Shown: positions 32,585-44,054, counted from the first letter of the stretch. The stretch: DNA of 64,000 bases from an uncultured Nitrososphaeraceae archaeon (GCA_963779615.1 CAVZZA010000003.1:256001-320000), one strand, 5' to 3'. Numbers and translations are program-made. Notes: a model not told the origin generated them from the sequence alone.

Positions 32585-33355
32585 ATGTATAGTATTATGT
32601 CAAAGTCAATAACCCTGTTGCTATCCAGTAAAGCAGATTTAGCGTTATTCCTGACTATCATGCTAACTTCATTCTTTTTTTCATTTTCTTTGGCAAATAA
32701 TTTTGAGTCAGCAGCGGCATCACCATCATCAGCACCAATGCCACAACACTCTTCTCCCAATGATGATTTGAAAACGATTCAGGTCAAGTTGACTTTAGAC
32801 CAGAACAAATACAAGCATCTAATAGGAATACTTCAGAACACCGGGAACAAAACCATAGACCAGGTAGTCGTTTCTGCCGATTTTTTGGACAAGGACAAAA
32901 AATCCCTCGGCAATTTTAGCAAGCAGACAGAACTAACAACACTAAACCCATATGAAATAACGCCATTTGATATTTTGGTTTATGATAAAAAAATAAACGA
33001 CAGAATAAAGGATTACAAAGTGGACTTTAAATTCAGATTTACAGAATACAAGGATAAAAAGCTTGTGACAGTTTCCAATGACTCACGCTTGGATATGACT
33101 GGATTTTATTTCATAAATGGAAAAATTCAAAACACCGACAAAGCATCAGCTTCTGGCAATACAAATGTAATAGCCATTACATACAATAAAAACAAAGAAT
33201 TGGCGGGGGTTTGGAAGGCCCAAACTGAACCCTTTAGCATACCACCCTTAACTACAGCGACGTTTACAATACCAGTAACAGATAAAGTCCAGGCATTTCA
33301 AATATCAAACTACACACTATTGACTGAATCAGATAATTTTTCCAAACTAAAGTAA
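32585..33355 (+). CDS. Secreted FxLYD-type domain protein
   Basis: Signal/TM segment and two GxxQNT...PF Ig-like repeats. Confidence 0.7.
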   Translation: MYSIMSKSITLLLSSKADLALFLTIMLTSFFFSFSLANNFESAAASPSSAPMPQHSSPNDDLKTIQVKLTLDQNKYKHLIGILQNTGNKTIDQVVVSADFLDKDKKSLGNFSKQTELTTLNPYEITPFDILVYDKKINDRIKDYKVDFKFRFTEYKDKKLVTVSNDSRLDMTGFYFINGKIQNTDKASASGNTNVIAITYNKNKELAGVWKAQTEPFSIPPLTTATFTIPVTDKVQAFQISNYTLLTESDNFSKLK

Positions 33356-33716
33356 TCCAAAGTAACAGCACAGTGCTAGTCCTTTAAATTTATTTTTTGC
33401 ACTCACATAAACTCCACAAATATCGGTAATCAACACAGTTGGTTTGCGCCCTATAGTGCAGCATCAACAAATTCCATATCCATGGCAAAAACAATAAAGT
33501 TAAAAAAAATAAAGTATTTCTCGCCACAAATTCATAAAAAAAAGAAACAACGACAGCTCAAGTTTTTGGGTAAATATATTATATTAGTAACGTGTAGCAC
33601 GGTGGAGAACATTCGATAACGATTCCCAAAGATTTTACCTACATTGCCACACAACTATAGTGCGCAGCATTAAACATTCCAGGCTTAGATGGGGCACAAC
33701 TGCCATGACGGGCGGG

Positions 33717-34040
33717 TCAACCCATCTCCACATTTCTTAAAGAAACCACATATCTTTCAATTTCATTGAATCTGCGAGTGGAACCTTCATGCTGCAAAAC
33801 AGGTGCAAATACCGTGTCATCTTTAATTTTTTGCAGTACACCAAGTACTTCTTCCACAGTCACACCGTGTACTAAGTCATAATCTATCTGTTTGCAGCAA
33901 TTTGCAATTGTGCCGTATTTTTTATGCTGTCTTTTTTCCCATATAGTGGCAGTTTCAGGAAGTCCAGTTATGAATTTTTTAATGGTTTTTTCAACATGTT
34001 CTAAATGCCACTGTTTCATGGGAAAACTGTTTTGTGCCAA
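33717..34040 (-). CDS. Hypothetical protein
   Basis: 107-aa ORF with TATA-like sequence upstream. Confidence 0.7.
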   Translation of the reverse strand: MAQNSFPMKQWHLEHVEKTIKKFITGLPETATIWEKRQHKKYGTIANCCKQIDYDLVHGVTVEEVLGVLQKIKDDTVFAPVLQHEGSTRRFNEIERYVVSLRNVEMG

Positions 34041-34671
34041 AAAAATATCACTATAATTGCATCAAACGCATATATAAGCGAAACTTTTGGGTAAACTATA
34101 AAATATTTTATTAATTCCTGCGCTTTCTTGCATAATTCATAGTTGCATCCGTAGCCCCACATCAATAGCAGTAGCAGACCATAGGTGTTTTTGGCTCCAG
34201 CCACACCATCCTTAAACCCTGCCACCTGTACGGCGTTATTCCATACCCATCCCCCTTCCACGTTAAATCCAGTTTGCGAGATGAATATCTGCATGTTCAC
34301 CTCAGGAAAGAAAACCAGTTTTCTAAATCTAGTTCATGCATCCCCTTTCTCGGTCAATACCATTTTCTTTCCGTCCTCCTCCCCCTTTTTCTCCTATTTT
34401 CATTTTGCGCAAAACAATTGCATAAAAAAAGTAGGAAAACAGCATCACATGATGGGTTTTCTGACCGATTCCTCGTTTGGTTTTTGTTTGTTTGTTCTCT
34501 GCATTGTTGTCTGCTTGCCTGCGTGGTTGGCTTGGTTTGGTTTGGTTGGTTAATTTTGCTGCTTTAAGCCAAGATAAAAAACTGGTTTATGCACATAATG
34601 ACAACAACAGCAAAGCAGGAATGTCCTAATAACAATTTAAACAACCTCGACCTACCGGATATTAAAATTAG

Positions 34672-35451
34672 ATGAGTTGTTTTATTCCGCTGTACCCTTA
34701 TCCCATCCTGATAATGGAGGTTTCAGATTCCGATAAATACCTAGTGATAACAGACATCCACATTGGTTTTGAGGACAAAATAAATAAAAAGGGGGTTTAC
34801 ATTGACCCGAAGAAAAGCGTTGATGAGCAGCTGGATGTCCTATCACAGACAATATGTAAAACACGGATAAAAAACCTCATCATACTGGGGGATTTAAAAT
34901 CATCCACTAATGTCATAACCCGTTCTGAATGGAATAACGTTCCCTATTTTTTGGAGTCACTGTCCAAGATATGCAACATTTACTTGGTTCCCGGGAACCA
35001 TGATGGCAACATAGTTCACCTGATATCAAACGATGTTAACCTAATGTCGATGAGGGGCATGGAAGTGGATAACACTTTGTTGACACATGGTCACACAACA
35101 CCCACAATCGGAAACAACATAAATAAAATAGTGGCAGGACACCTTCACCCAATTTTGGTAAAGGAGGGAAACATACTAAACGGCCAAAAGGTATGGGTTA
35201 GAATCATCTTGAAAAAAAACGAAAGCAAAAACAAGGAAAGAAAAATGGAGTTTATAGTTATCCCCCATTTTAACAAATACCTAAATTACTACCACAGATT
35301 TGCCAATGAAAAAAGACCCAAAAAAAAATCCAATCTTCCGTTGTTGAATAACTTGATCAATAAAAAAAAATGGGCAATTGATCAAGTTTTTGTTATTTCA
35401 CTGGAGGGCGCAATTATCGGATCGGAAAATGAGCTGAGTAAAATCCTATAG
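34672..35451 (+). CDS. Calcineurin-like metallophosphoesterase
   Basis: DIHIG, GD, GNHD, HGH, GHLHP. Confidence 0.9.
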   Translation: MSCFIPLYPYPILIMEVSDSDKYLVITDIHIGFEDKINKKGVYIDPKKSVDEQLDVLSQTICKTRIKNLIILGDLKSSTNVITRSEWNNVPYFLESLSKICNIYLVPGNHDGNIVHLISNDVNLMSMRGMEVDNTLLTHGHTTPTIGNNINKIVAGHLHPILVKEGNILNGQKVWVRIILKKNESKNKERKMEFIVIPHFNKYLNYYHRFANEKRPKKKSNLPLLNNLINKKKWAIDQVFVISLEGAIIGSENELSKIL

Positions 35452-35467
35452 TCAAAACAAACTAACA

Positions 35468-38400
35468 CTATATCGGGTTTGTTGTTGGGGAATTACTTTG
35501 CATCCATTCCAAGGTTTTAATAAACGAAATGGCGCTTTCAACGGTTGTAAGTACCGGTATGCCCATCTCAACGGCCTTCCTGCGAATCAGGTACTCGTCA
35601 TACAGCATCCCAACATACTTTTCCACGGTGGATGTCGATGGTATGTTGATTATAAAATCAATTTTTCTGTTGGTTAACAGATTCAGGATATTGGGGTGCC
35701 TTTCAGGTTCGCTGATTTTATAGACCAAATCTACGTTTTTAAAGCCAGACTTTTCAAAATATTCAGCAGTGTGTTCGGTTGCTAGGATTCTAAAGTTCAT
35801 CAACGAGATCATGGAAATCAATGGGAGAAGCTTTTCCTTATTTTTGATGCCTCCAACGGTAATTAAAGCTGAACCCGATAACGGCAACGAGTAACCCGCT
35901 GCAGTGTAGGACTTGGACAGTGCATCGTAAAACGTGTTTCCAAAGCAGGCAACCTCCCCGGTCGATTGCATCTCTACCCCCAACACAATATCTGCCCCCT
36001 CAAGTTGCATAAACGAAAATTGTGGCACCTTTATTCCAAATCCCGACTTTTTAAGCCAATGATCATTTTCTAAAGCGGGTAACTTAACTCCCAAAATTGA
36101 TTTTGCAGACAACTCTATGAGGTTTATCCCAAAAAACTTTGAAACAAAAGGCATAGAGCGAGATGCGCGGATGTTCGCTTCGATTACATAAACTTCATCA
36201 TCCTTAACAAGGTACTGGATATTAAAGGGGCCTTTAACATGAAGGGATTTTCCAATTTTAATGGTGTTGTCCATGATTGTGTCAATAGTTTTTCTGCTCA
36301 ACCTCCATGGGGGAATGCACATCATGGCATCACCTGAGTGAATGCCGGCGTTGTCAATGTGTTCAATAATTGAGCCAATCACAATCCTGTCGGAGCTCCC
36401 AACTGCATCTACCTCCACCTCAGACGCATCTTCCAAAAACTTGCTTATCACAATGGGGTAATCAGGGCTGACATTTGACGCTTCCCTAATAAATTGCTCC
36501 AACTGATCCTCACTCCAAACAACCTTCATTGCAGAGCCGCTAAGCACGTATGAGGGTCGGACAAGCATCGGATATTCTGCCTCCAAGGCAAAGTTTTTGG
36601 CCTTTTCCAGACTGGTAAAAATTTTCCACGGTGGTTGTTTTATCAGCAGCGAATCTAGCAGATTGCTGAACTTTGAACGATCTTCAGCTTTATCCACATC
36701 ATGGCTTGACGTTCCCAGTATCCGTATATCATAGTTATTTAATTTAGAAACAAGGTTATTTGCACTCTGGCCACCAACACATGTAACCAAACCAAATGGT
36801 TTTTCTTTCTCGCATATGTCCAATACCCGCTCAAGGGTTAATTCCTCAAAATACAGCCGATCAGGAACATCATAGTCTGTGGAAACGGTTTCAGGATTGC
36901 AATTGATAATAGAAATACTCTTTATCCCGTTCTCCCTTAAACCGTAAACCATGTTTACAGTTCCCCAATCAAATTCAACACTGCTGCCTATACGGTATGG
37001 ACCGGCACCCAAAACAATAGCGCTTTTGCCATCACCTGAACTAGGGACGTCTGAAACGTCATCATACTCACCGCCGTATGTAAGGTACAGATAATTTGTT
37101 TTTGCAGGCCATTCTGCAGCCAGTGTATCAATTTGTTTTATTACAGGGACGATTCCAAATCTTTTTCTAAGCTCCCTTACCTGATGCTCCTCAAGGTTAA
37201 AGCACCTGCCTATTTGTTTGTCAGAAAAACCTAGTTTTTTGGCTTCAGAGATCAAAGATATATCAAACTTTGATTTTCTTAATTTAATTTCCTCATCCAC
37301 AATGTTTTTGATTTTTACAAGAAACCAGGGATCGACAAACGATAGTCTGTTTATCCTGTCGATGCTCAACCCAATCTTCATGGCTTTTACAATATTGAAT
37401 ATGATTTCATCGTCTGGATTCATTAATGAGTATTCAACCTTTTCTATTTCAGATGTATCGGGGGAAGGCTCATCGTCGGTTTTTTTATTTGGCAGTCCAA
37501 CGTCTGAATCAGCACTGTTTGCAACCAGTCCGTCTTTGCCTATCTCGCACATCCTGACTGCCTTTTGGATGACCTCCTCAAAGTTTTTTCCCAATGCCAT
37601 AACTTCTCCCACAGACTTCATTGTGCTTCCGAGTTTTCGTTTTACCAACTCGAATTTTTTAAAGTCCCATCTTGGCATTTTAACAACCATATAATCCAAG
37701 GATGGCTCAAAACAAGCGGTGGTAACTTTGGTAATTTTGTTGACAAGTTCTGGAAGCGAGTATCCAAGGCCAATTTTGGCAGCCATATATGCTAGCGGGT
37801 AACCTGTTGCTTTACTCGCTAATGCAGACGATCTCGATAACCTGGCATTTATCTCAATTGCGCAGTATTCATCCGACTGCGGATTTAGGCCAAATTGAAT
37901 GTTGCATTCTCCCACTATTTTACAATAGGAGGTTGCCCTTAATGCAGCATCCCTCAAAAAATGATATTCATAATTATTTAGTGTTTGTGAGGGGGCTACA
38001 ACAATATTGTCTCCGGTATGGACCCTCATCCCAAGAACATTCTCCATATTGCAAACAATAACGCTATTTCCTTCGTGATCTCTCATTACTTCATATTCGA
38101 TTTGCTTCCATTCTCCAACGTATCTTTCGATAAGGACCTGGTTAACCATACTTAACGCAAGTCCCCTCTGGACAATCTCAAACAAATCATACTCATTATA
38201 GGCCACTCCTCCCCCTCTTCCTCCCAGGGTATAGGCAACACGAATGATTACGGGAAATCCTATTTCTTTTGATATTTTAAGGGCCTCCTCAAATGAATAA
38301 GCGGGAGCACTGCTTAAAACAGGAATGTTACTGCTTATCATTGCTTCCTTGAATTTCTGCCTGTCCTCGGTTATTTTTATCCCTTCAATTGAGGTGTTTA

Positions 38401-38771
38401 ACACACTTATGCCATATTTTTTCAATATGCCATTATCAAACAAATCAACCCCGCAATTGAGCGCAGTTTGACCTCCAAAACCGAGCATTATGGAGTCAGG
38501 GCGCTCCAATTCTATTATTTTTTCAACATAATTTCTATTGATTGGTAACAGGTAAACCTTGTCTGCAAATTTTTTGTCAGTTTGAATAGTGGCTATGTTG
38601 GGATTAACAAGTACACTCGAAATACTCTCTTCTTTGAGGGCTTTTAAGCATTGAGAACCGGAGTAGTCAAATTAGCGGCTAGATTTAAGTCTAGCTTTCG
38701 CCTGCTTCTCCGATTTTTATAGCTCCACTGCCCAGCACTATGACTTTTTTTATGTTTTTATTTTTTGGCAT
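35468..38771 (-). CDS. carB: Carbamoyl-phosphate synthase large subunit; exon 1 38771-38697, exon 2 38671-35468 (1092 aa after splicing)
   Basis: MPKNKNIKKVIVLGSGAIKIGEAGE + FDYSGSQCLKALKEE...; two ATP-grasp halves and a C-terminal MGS domain. Confidence 0.95.
38672..38696 (-). other. Candidate 25-nt BHB intron in carB mRNA
   Basis: AGCTAGACTTAAATCTAGCCGCTAA; central helix GGCG/CGCU, bulges AAA and AAU, inner helix GCUAGA/UCUAGC. Confidence 0.88.
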
Positions 38772-38839
38772 TCCACATCATCAAATAATAATTATTTTAT
38801 CGAAACAGTGCAACATATTGATTTAAACTCATCCCTTTC

Positions 38840-40003
38840 TCAATTATTTTTGTTGCCGTTATTTATAATAAGATCTTTAAATTTGCTGAAAACAAACAAA
38901 CAATCAAATGGCCCAGGCGATGCTTCAGGGTGGAATTGGACGGCGATTATTGGCTTAGACTTATGCTTAATGCCCTCTACGGTTTTGTCATCAATGTTTT
39001 GAAACCATAGTTCAAATCCAGTGTCACTCAAGCTCTCAAGCTCAACACCGTATCCATGGTTTTGGCTGGTGATAAATGAATGGTTTGAATCAAAATCAAC
39101 ACATGTTTTATTTTGACCCCTGTGGCCAAACTTTAGCTTTTGCGTCCTTGCTCCTGCAGCTAATGCAAGTATTTGGTGCCCCAAGCATATTCCCAATGTA
39201 GGTATAGAACTGTCAATTATTTTAGAGGCAGTTTGTATGGTTTCACTACATATCACAGGATCACCAGGACCATTGCTTATGACAATTCCCCTCGGCCTGT
39301 ACGCGGTGACTTCCTCGATTGATGAGTCCCAAGGTAGCCTGATAACACTAAAGCCCGATTTTATCAAGTTTCGTATGATACTAAATTTTGTCCCGGTATC
39401 AATCAAAGCAATCAAAGGATCAGAGTCCTTTCCATAAAATTGGGGATTTTGGATTGAAACATCATTCATAAAGTTGTGACTGCCATAGTCAAATTGACCA
39501 CCTTTATCAACAGCGGTTGCTGTTGATTTGCTCTCACCATTGATTATTATTTTTCCATTCATCACCCCTTCAATCCTAATTTTTTTTGTTAATTCTCGGG
39601 TATCAACTCCATAAATCCCTGGAACTTTTTGTTGGTATAACCATTCATCCAATGTTTTAACACAAGACCAATGGCTTGAGACATTGGAAAGATCATTGAT
39701 GATAACTCCCGAGGTTTGAATGCCATACGATTCAAAATATTTTGGAAGGCCGTACTCATCCAAATCAAACTCGGACGGGACGCCATAATTTCCAATTGAC
39801 GGATACGTAAAACAAAGAATTTGACCCCTGTATGAAGGATCAGTCAAGGTCTCTGTATATCCAACCATTCCCGTGTTGAAAACAATTTCACCAGTAACCG
39901 TTTTTGGAAATCCAAAACCAACCCCGTTGAATATGGTTCCATCATCAAGTAATAGCTTTGCCTCATATCCGATATATTTGTTAAAAAGTGTCGGAATATT
40001 AAT
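38840..40003 (-). CDS. carA: Carbamoyl-phosphate synthase small subunit (start uncertain)
   Basis: AKLLLDDGTIF...GEIVFNTGMVGY, SNGPGDP, GICLGHQ, QFHPE; the frame is open up to ATT at 40003. Confidence 0.93.
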   Translation of the reverse strand: MNIPTLFNKYIGYEAKLLLDDGTIFNGVGFGFPKTVTGEIVFNTGMVGYTETLTDPSYRGQILCFTYPSIGNYGVPSEFDLDEYGLPKYFESYGIQTSGVIINDLSNVSSHWSCVKTLDEWLYQQKVPGIYGVDTRELTKKIRIEGVMNGKIIINGESKSTATAVDKGGQFDYGSHNFMNDVSIQNPQFYGKDSDPLIALIDTGTKFSIIRNLIKSGFSVIRLPWDSSIEEVTAYRPRGIVISNGPGDPVICSETIQTASKIIDSSIPTLGICLGHQILALAAGARTQKLKFGHRGQNKTCVDFDSNHSFITSQNHGYGVELESLSDTGFELWFQNIDDKTVEGIKHKSKPIIAVQFHPEASPGPFDCLFVFSKFKDLIINNGNKNN

Positions 40004-40083
40004 CCCTTAAATCCAAAAAAAAACCATCATTTATAAATTTTTGTAAAATAATTTAGCAATGTTTATCGAAGAAGAAAAAATAT

Positions 40084-41283
40084 TCACCTGCCATAGTGGT
40101 AAACTCGATCCCTCCATTTTACAACACCTTTTTTCTCAGAAGAAATAACAGACCAGATAAAAGACAGTGACACGGTAAAGCATCCAACAGGTGTGCCTAA
40201 AAAATAGATTGCATTGTGTGTTTTTGCCTTTTTCAACTGATAGTAATTGGTAAAGTATATAACCGCTACATCAAAGGTAACCAAAACAAGCAAAAAAACA
40301 AGGTATGGGTTGTGGGCATTGTTTTCCTGTGCAACATTGATAAGAGAATGGATCAAAATCACAAACGGAAAAACCATCAACAAAAAAACACCTATTGTAA
40401 GCAAAATTGAATTTTTTTTGTCTGTAAAGTATATCGGGATTATTAGTCTTTTTAAGGAATTCCAAAGTGTATGAAAATCCCTTGCCCAGTACGCACTCAA
40501 GAGATCCTCCCCCCGGAACATCTTTAACCGATATCCACATTCCTTGATTTTTTTACCCAATGCGCCGTCTTCCACTATTTCGGACTTGACAGATTCATGG
40601 GTCCCCACTTTTTTGTAGACATCTTTTGATATGATGAAGAAACTTCCAAAGAGATAACCCAGTTTTACTTTGGGGTCATTAACGCGCAATGGCGAATACC
40701 TTGAAAACATAAATATTGAAAGGATAGGAAGGACCATTTTCACAATAAAAGTCGGATAAAGCAAATTTGGGACAGCTGTCAATACGTCTAGTTTTTCTTC
40801 TAAAAGAGTATGCAAAGAATCCTGAATGCTATGTCTAGAATGCACCGTGTCAGCATCCGTAAAAAGCAGATAGTCACCTCTTGATTTTTGGTAACCTATA
40901 TAGCATGGCCAATTTTTTCCAATCCAGCCTTCAGGTTTTTCACCTGCCTCAAATACTTTTATTTTACCAGTATTTCTGAAGGATTGAACTATCTCCAAGG
41001 TGCCGTCAGAGGAGTTATCGTTTACGACAATAATTTCATAATTTGAATGGTACTGGTTTAAAAGGCTAGAGAGACAGTTTTTGATGTATTTTTCCTCGTT
41101 TCTGGCAGGTACTATCACACTAACTAGACTGTTTTTTTTTGCCTCCAACGTATTTGGCTTCAGCAGACGGGGAGAAAGTTCAAATGATTTTTTCAAAACA
41201 AAAAACAGGTAAATCCAAATCCCTAATGAACCAGCAACAATAATTGTCAAAATATTATATAAAATCATCCCAAATTCAATCAT
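40084..41283 (-). CDS. Glycosyltransferase family 2, membrane-bound
   Basis: VSVIVPARNEE, VVNDNSSD, GWIGK, FTDAD, VED, C-terminal TM helices. Confidence 0.9.
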   Translation of the reverse strand: MIEFGMILYNILTIIVAGSLGIWIYLFFVLKKSFELSPRLLKPNTLEAKKNSLVSVIVPARNEEKYIKNCLSSLLNQYHSNYEIIVVNDNSSDGTLEIVQSFRNTGKIKVFEAGEKPEGWIGKNWPCYIGYQKSRGDYLLFTDADTVHSRHSIQDSLHTLLEEKLDVLTAVPNLLYPTFIVKMVLPILSIFMFSRYSPLRVNDPKVKLGYLFGSFFIISKDVYKKVGTHESVKSEIVEDGALGKKIKECGYRLKMFRGEDLLSAYWARDFHTLWNSLKRLIIPIYFTDKKNSILLTIGVFLLMVFPFVILIHSLINVAQENNAHNPYLVFLLVLVTFDVAVIYFTNYYQLKKAKTHNAIYFLGTPVGCFTVSLSFIWSVISSEKKGVVKWRDRVYHYGR

Positions 41284-41375
41284 AATTTCAAAGTTTACAA
41301 AGTTATATAAATAGGGTATAGCAGTAATCACAAGTATTTTTCTAAACACTTTTAAGCAAAACTTATTATTTATTT

Positions 41376-42749
41376 TTGTTAGTGTTGAAAAAAACCAACA
41401 TAATTAATATCAAGAGTTTTCTTCTATTATCCCTAATAATAATAACACTGATTTCTTTATCTCATTTTCTCTCATTCACGTCATCACCACCATCATTCGC
41501 GCAGTCTACTGCCGGAAAAACCAGTCTGGAAAACAATCAAATCAAGGACAAACCATCCGCCAAAACACCATCGCCTGACTCAGACATTACTTCCAATATT
41601 TCACTAATACTAACACCTTCCCCAGACATAATTAATCCTACGGACAATCAAGATTTCCAGGTGCCTGAAGAGAATCTCAAAACAGGTGCTGGTAATGATA
41701 AAACGGCAGGAGCAGGAGGAGCAGCAGCAGAAAATAGCTATTTGAAAGACAATTCACTAATCACTCCCGGCAACCAGAACAAAACCAATAGCGGCTCGGG
41801 AACCTCAGAGACGACGATAAAGCCGTCTGTCATAACCCCAGCCAACTCCAAAAAAACTGCGTCAGCAGGAGAGCCAGCGACAGCAAACAGTTACTCAAAA
41901 GGTAAATCATTAATCACGGCCAGCAACCAGAACAAAACCAATAGCGGCTCGGGAACCTCAGAGACGACGATAAAGCCGTCTGTCATAACCCCAGCCAACG
42001 CCACAAACACCAGTGCAATAACCAATGGTACGGGCAAACAGGACGCCATTGGCAACAACAACAACAACAACACAGCAGCATCGCCAAACATCTATCCAAA
42101 TGGCAACCCAATAGGTACCAATGCAACGGACACCGCTGCTGCTGCCACCACGACCAACATTACCTCCAACATTACCGCCGCCAGCAACCAGAACAAAACC
42201 AATAGCGGCTCGGGAACCTCAGAGACGACGATAAAGCCGTCTGTCATAACCCCAGCCAACTCCACAAACACCAGTGCAATAACCAATGGTACGGGCAAAC
42301 AGGACGCCATTGGCAACAACAACAACAACAACAACACAACAGCATCGCCAAACATCTATCCAAATGGCAACCCAATAGGTACCAATGCAACGGACACCGC
42401 TGCTGCTGCCACCACGACCAACATTACCGCCGCCAGCAACCAGAACAAAACCAATAGCGGCTCGGGAACCTCAGAGACGACGATAAAGCCGTCTGTCATA
42501 ACCCCAGCCAACTCCACAAACACCAGTGCAATAACCAATGGTACGGGCAAACAGGACGCCATTGGCAACAACAACAACAAAACGATTAGCGATGCATCTT
42601 TAACAGGCAACAACAAAAGCTCACCTCAGGAAGCCAATACCAAAAACCCCGTCAAAGTTTCTAACTTGACATCCAATAAAACAAGTGAGCAAGGCTCATC
42701 AGCGTTTCCATGGTTGGACCAAATCTCAAAAATCCTGGGAGTCAAATAA
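41376..42749 (+). CDS. Secreted low-complexity Thr/Asn/Ser-rich tandem-repeat protein
   Basis: Signal peptide; four copies of NQNKTNSGSGTSETTIKPSVITPAN; many NxT/S sequons. Confidence 0.8.
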   Translation: MLVLKKTNIINIKSFLLLSLIIITLISLSHFLSFTSSPPSFAQSTAGKTSLENNQIKDKPSAKTPSPDSDITSNISLILTPSPDIINPTDNQDFQVPEENLKTGAGNDKTAGAGGAAAENSYLKDNSLITPGNQNKTNSGSGTSETTIKPSVITPANSKKTASAGEPATANSYSKGKSLITASNQNKTNSGSGTSETTIKPSVITPANATNTSAITNGTGKQDAIGNNNNNNTAASPNIYPNGNPIGTNATDTAAAATTTNITSNITAASNQNKTNSGSGTSETTIKPSVITPANSTNTSAITNGTGKQDAIGNNNNNNNTTASPNIYPNGNPIGTNATDTAAAATTTNITAASNQNKTNSGSGTSETTIKPSVITPANSTNTSAITNGTGKQDAIGNNNNKTISDASLTGNNKSSPQEANTKNPVKVSNLTSNKTSEQGSSAFPWLDQISKILGVK

Positions 42750-42783
42750 TTTTAAGTCTTTTACACTAAAAAGGGTTTTATTA

Positions 42784-43125
42784 ATGAGTAACAAAAAAGA
42801 AAAAATCAGTTTCGTGGATTTTGAAAAGGTTGACCTTCAAGTTGGTAAAGTAATCAGTGTTGAAAGATTGAAGGGATATAGCAGGATTTTGAAGGTTACA
42901 GTAGACCTTGGTGATGAAAAGAGGGAAATAATGTCAGGCATAGCAAAACATTATTCGCCAGAGGAATTGGTTGACAAATCTGTCATAGTTTGTACAAATC
43001 TGGAGCCTAAAAAATTCGGGGAGAACACTTCCAATGGGATGATATTGGCGGCTGCCGAGAATGATAAGAAACCGGTTTTGTTAACTGTTTTAGAAGAGGT
43101 GGAACCAGGCTCCCCCATACTGTAA
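42784..43125 (+). CDS. tRNA-binding OB-fold protein (CsaA/Trbp111/MetRS C-terminal-like)
   Basis: DFEKVDLQVGKV, IMSGIAKHY, NLEPKK, SNGMILAA. Confidence 0.88.
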   Translation: MSNKKEKISFVDFEKVDLQVGKVISVERLKGYSRILKVTVDLGDEKREIMSGIAKHYSPEELVDKSVIVCTNLEPKKFGENTSNGMILAAAENDKKPVLLTVLEEVEPGSPIL

Positions 43126-43154
43126 GTAGATATAAAAAACACTCTTAGACCATA

Positions 43155-43577
43155 CTATATTCTATCAAATCCATATTTTGACAGGATTTGTCTATCCATT
43201 TCCTGCTTCATTCTTGAAAATTCTTCATATTTTTTATTCCATTTCAATATAGATTTGTAGTGCTTTAACCCGGTAATCATCCAAATAAAGGAAATTATTA
43301 TGACCGCAGCCAGCATCAACAGCAAGGCAAGACCAAATTCCGTTTCAATAGCCAAAATCGCAAAAAAGGAAGGATTGAAAATAAGATATAAAGAAAGGAA
43401 GACTGCAAATGGGGCTAAAACCAATGCAGACAGGGATAAGCCAACTAAAGTTTTTTTGATCCGCATTACATTCTCAATAAAGTCATCCAATAGTTTTAAA
43501 ATGTCATGTCTTTCATAAACCTCATTTTCCTTATCAACTGGATTGTCATCCTTCATGTTAATACAAACAACGTACAT
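43155..43577 (-). CDS. Two-TM membrane protein
   Basis: Two hydrophobic helices. Confidence 0.7.
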   Translation of the reverse strand: MYVVCINMKDDNPVDKENEVYERHDILKLLDDFIENVMRIKKTLVGLSLSALVLAPFAVFLSLYLIFNPSFFAILAIETEFGLALLLMLAAVIIISFIWMITGLKHYKSILKWNKKYEEFSRMKQEMDRQILSKYGFDRI

Positions 43578-43660
43578 GGTATGGAGTTATTTATACAATG
43601 ATTAACATAGTTATATTATCTAGTAGAATCTATCAGAAGCTAAAAATAGGTTGAAGATGA

Positions 43661-44008
43661 ATGCCTAACCCAGAAGAAACAACAGTGAATAAAGAGGTTG
43701 AAGCTGAAAAGATTAATGGTCTAATTAATGAGAAAAAGGTAAAAAAAATAGTTTTCACACCATCGAAAGTTGAGATATGGGAGGTCAAAAGCCACAAAAA
43801 TAACAACATTTACTGGGTCGACATAGAAACAAAATACTGCTCATGCAAGGGCTTTTACTATAATTTCACAAAAAAAACATGCTATCACATTAGCGCTGTG
43901 TCTACAGTGTTGTCACAAAACGCATATAAAATTGAATTGCTATCAGACAGTGAAATGAACGACTTTTTTAACAACCAAATAGACAATCTGATAAGCAACA
44001 ACTCATAA
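43661..44008 (+). CDS. SWIM zinc-finger protein
   Basis: YCSCKGFYY...CYHI. Confidence 0.8.
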   Translation: MPNPEETTVNKEVEAEKINGLINEKKVKKIVFTPSKVEIWEVKSHKNNNIYWVDIETKYCSCKGFYYNFTKKTCYHISAVSTVLSQNAYKIELLSDSEMNDFFNNQIDNLISNNS

Positions 44009-44054
44009 ATCCACTAATTCCAATTTTATATAACAGAAATGAAATTAAAGACCT

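Noticed and set aside
34016-34567. Overlapping ORFs in a low-complexity intergenic region
   Set aside because: Biased composition, no motifs and mutually overlapping; likely spurious.
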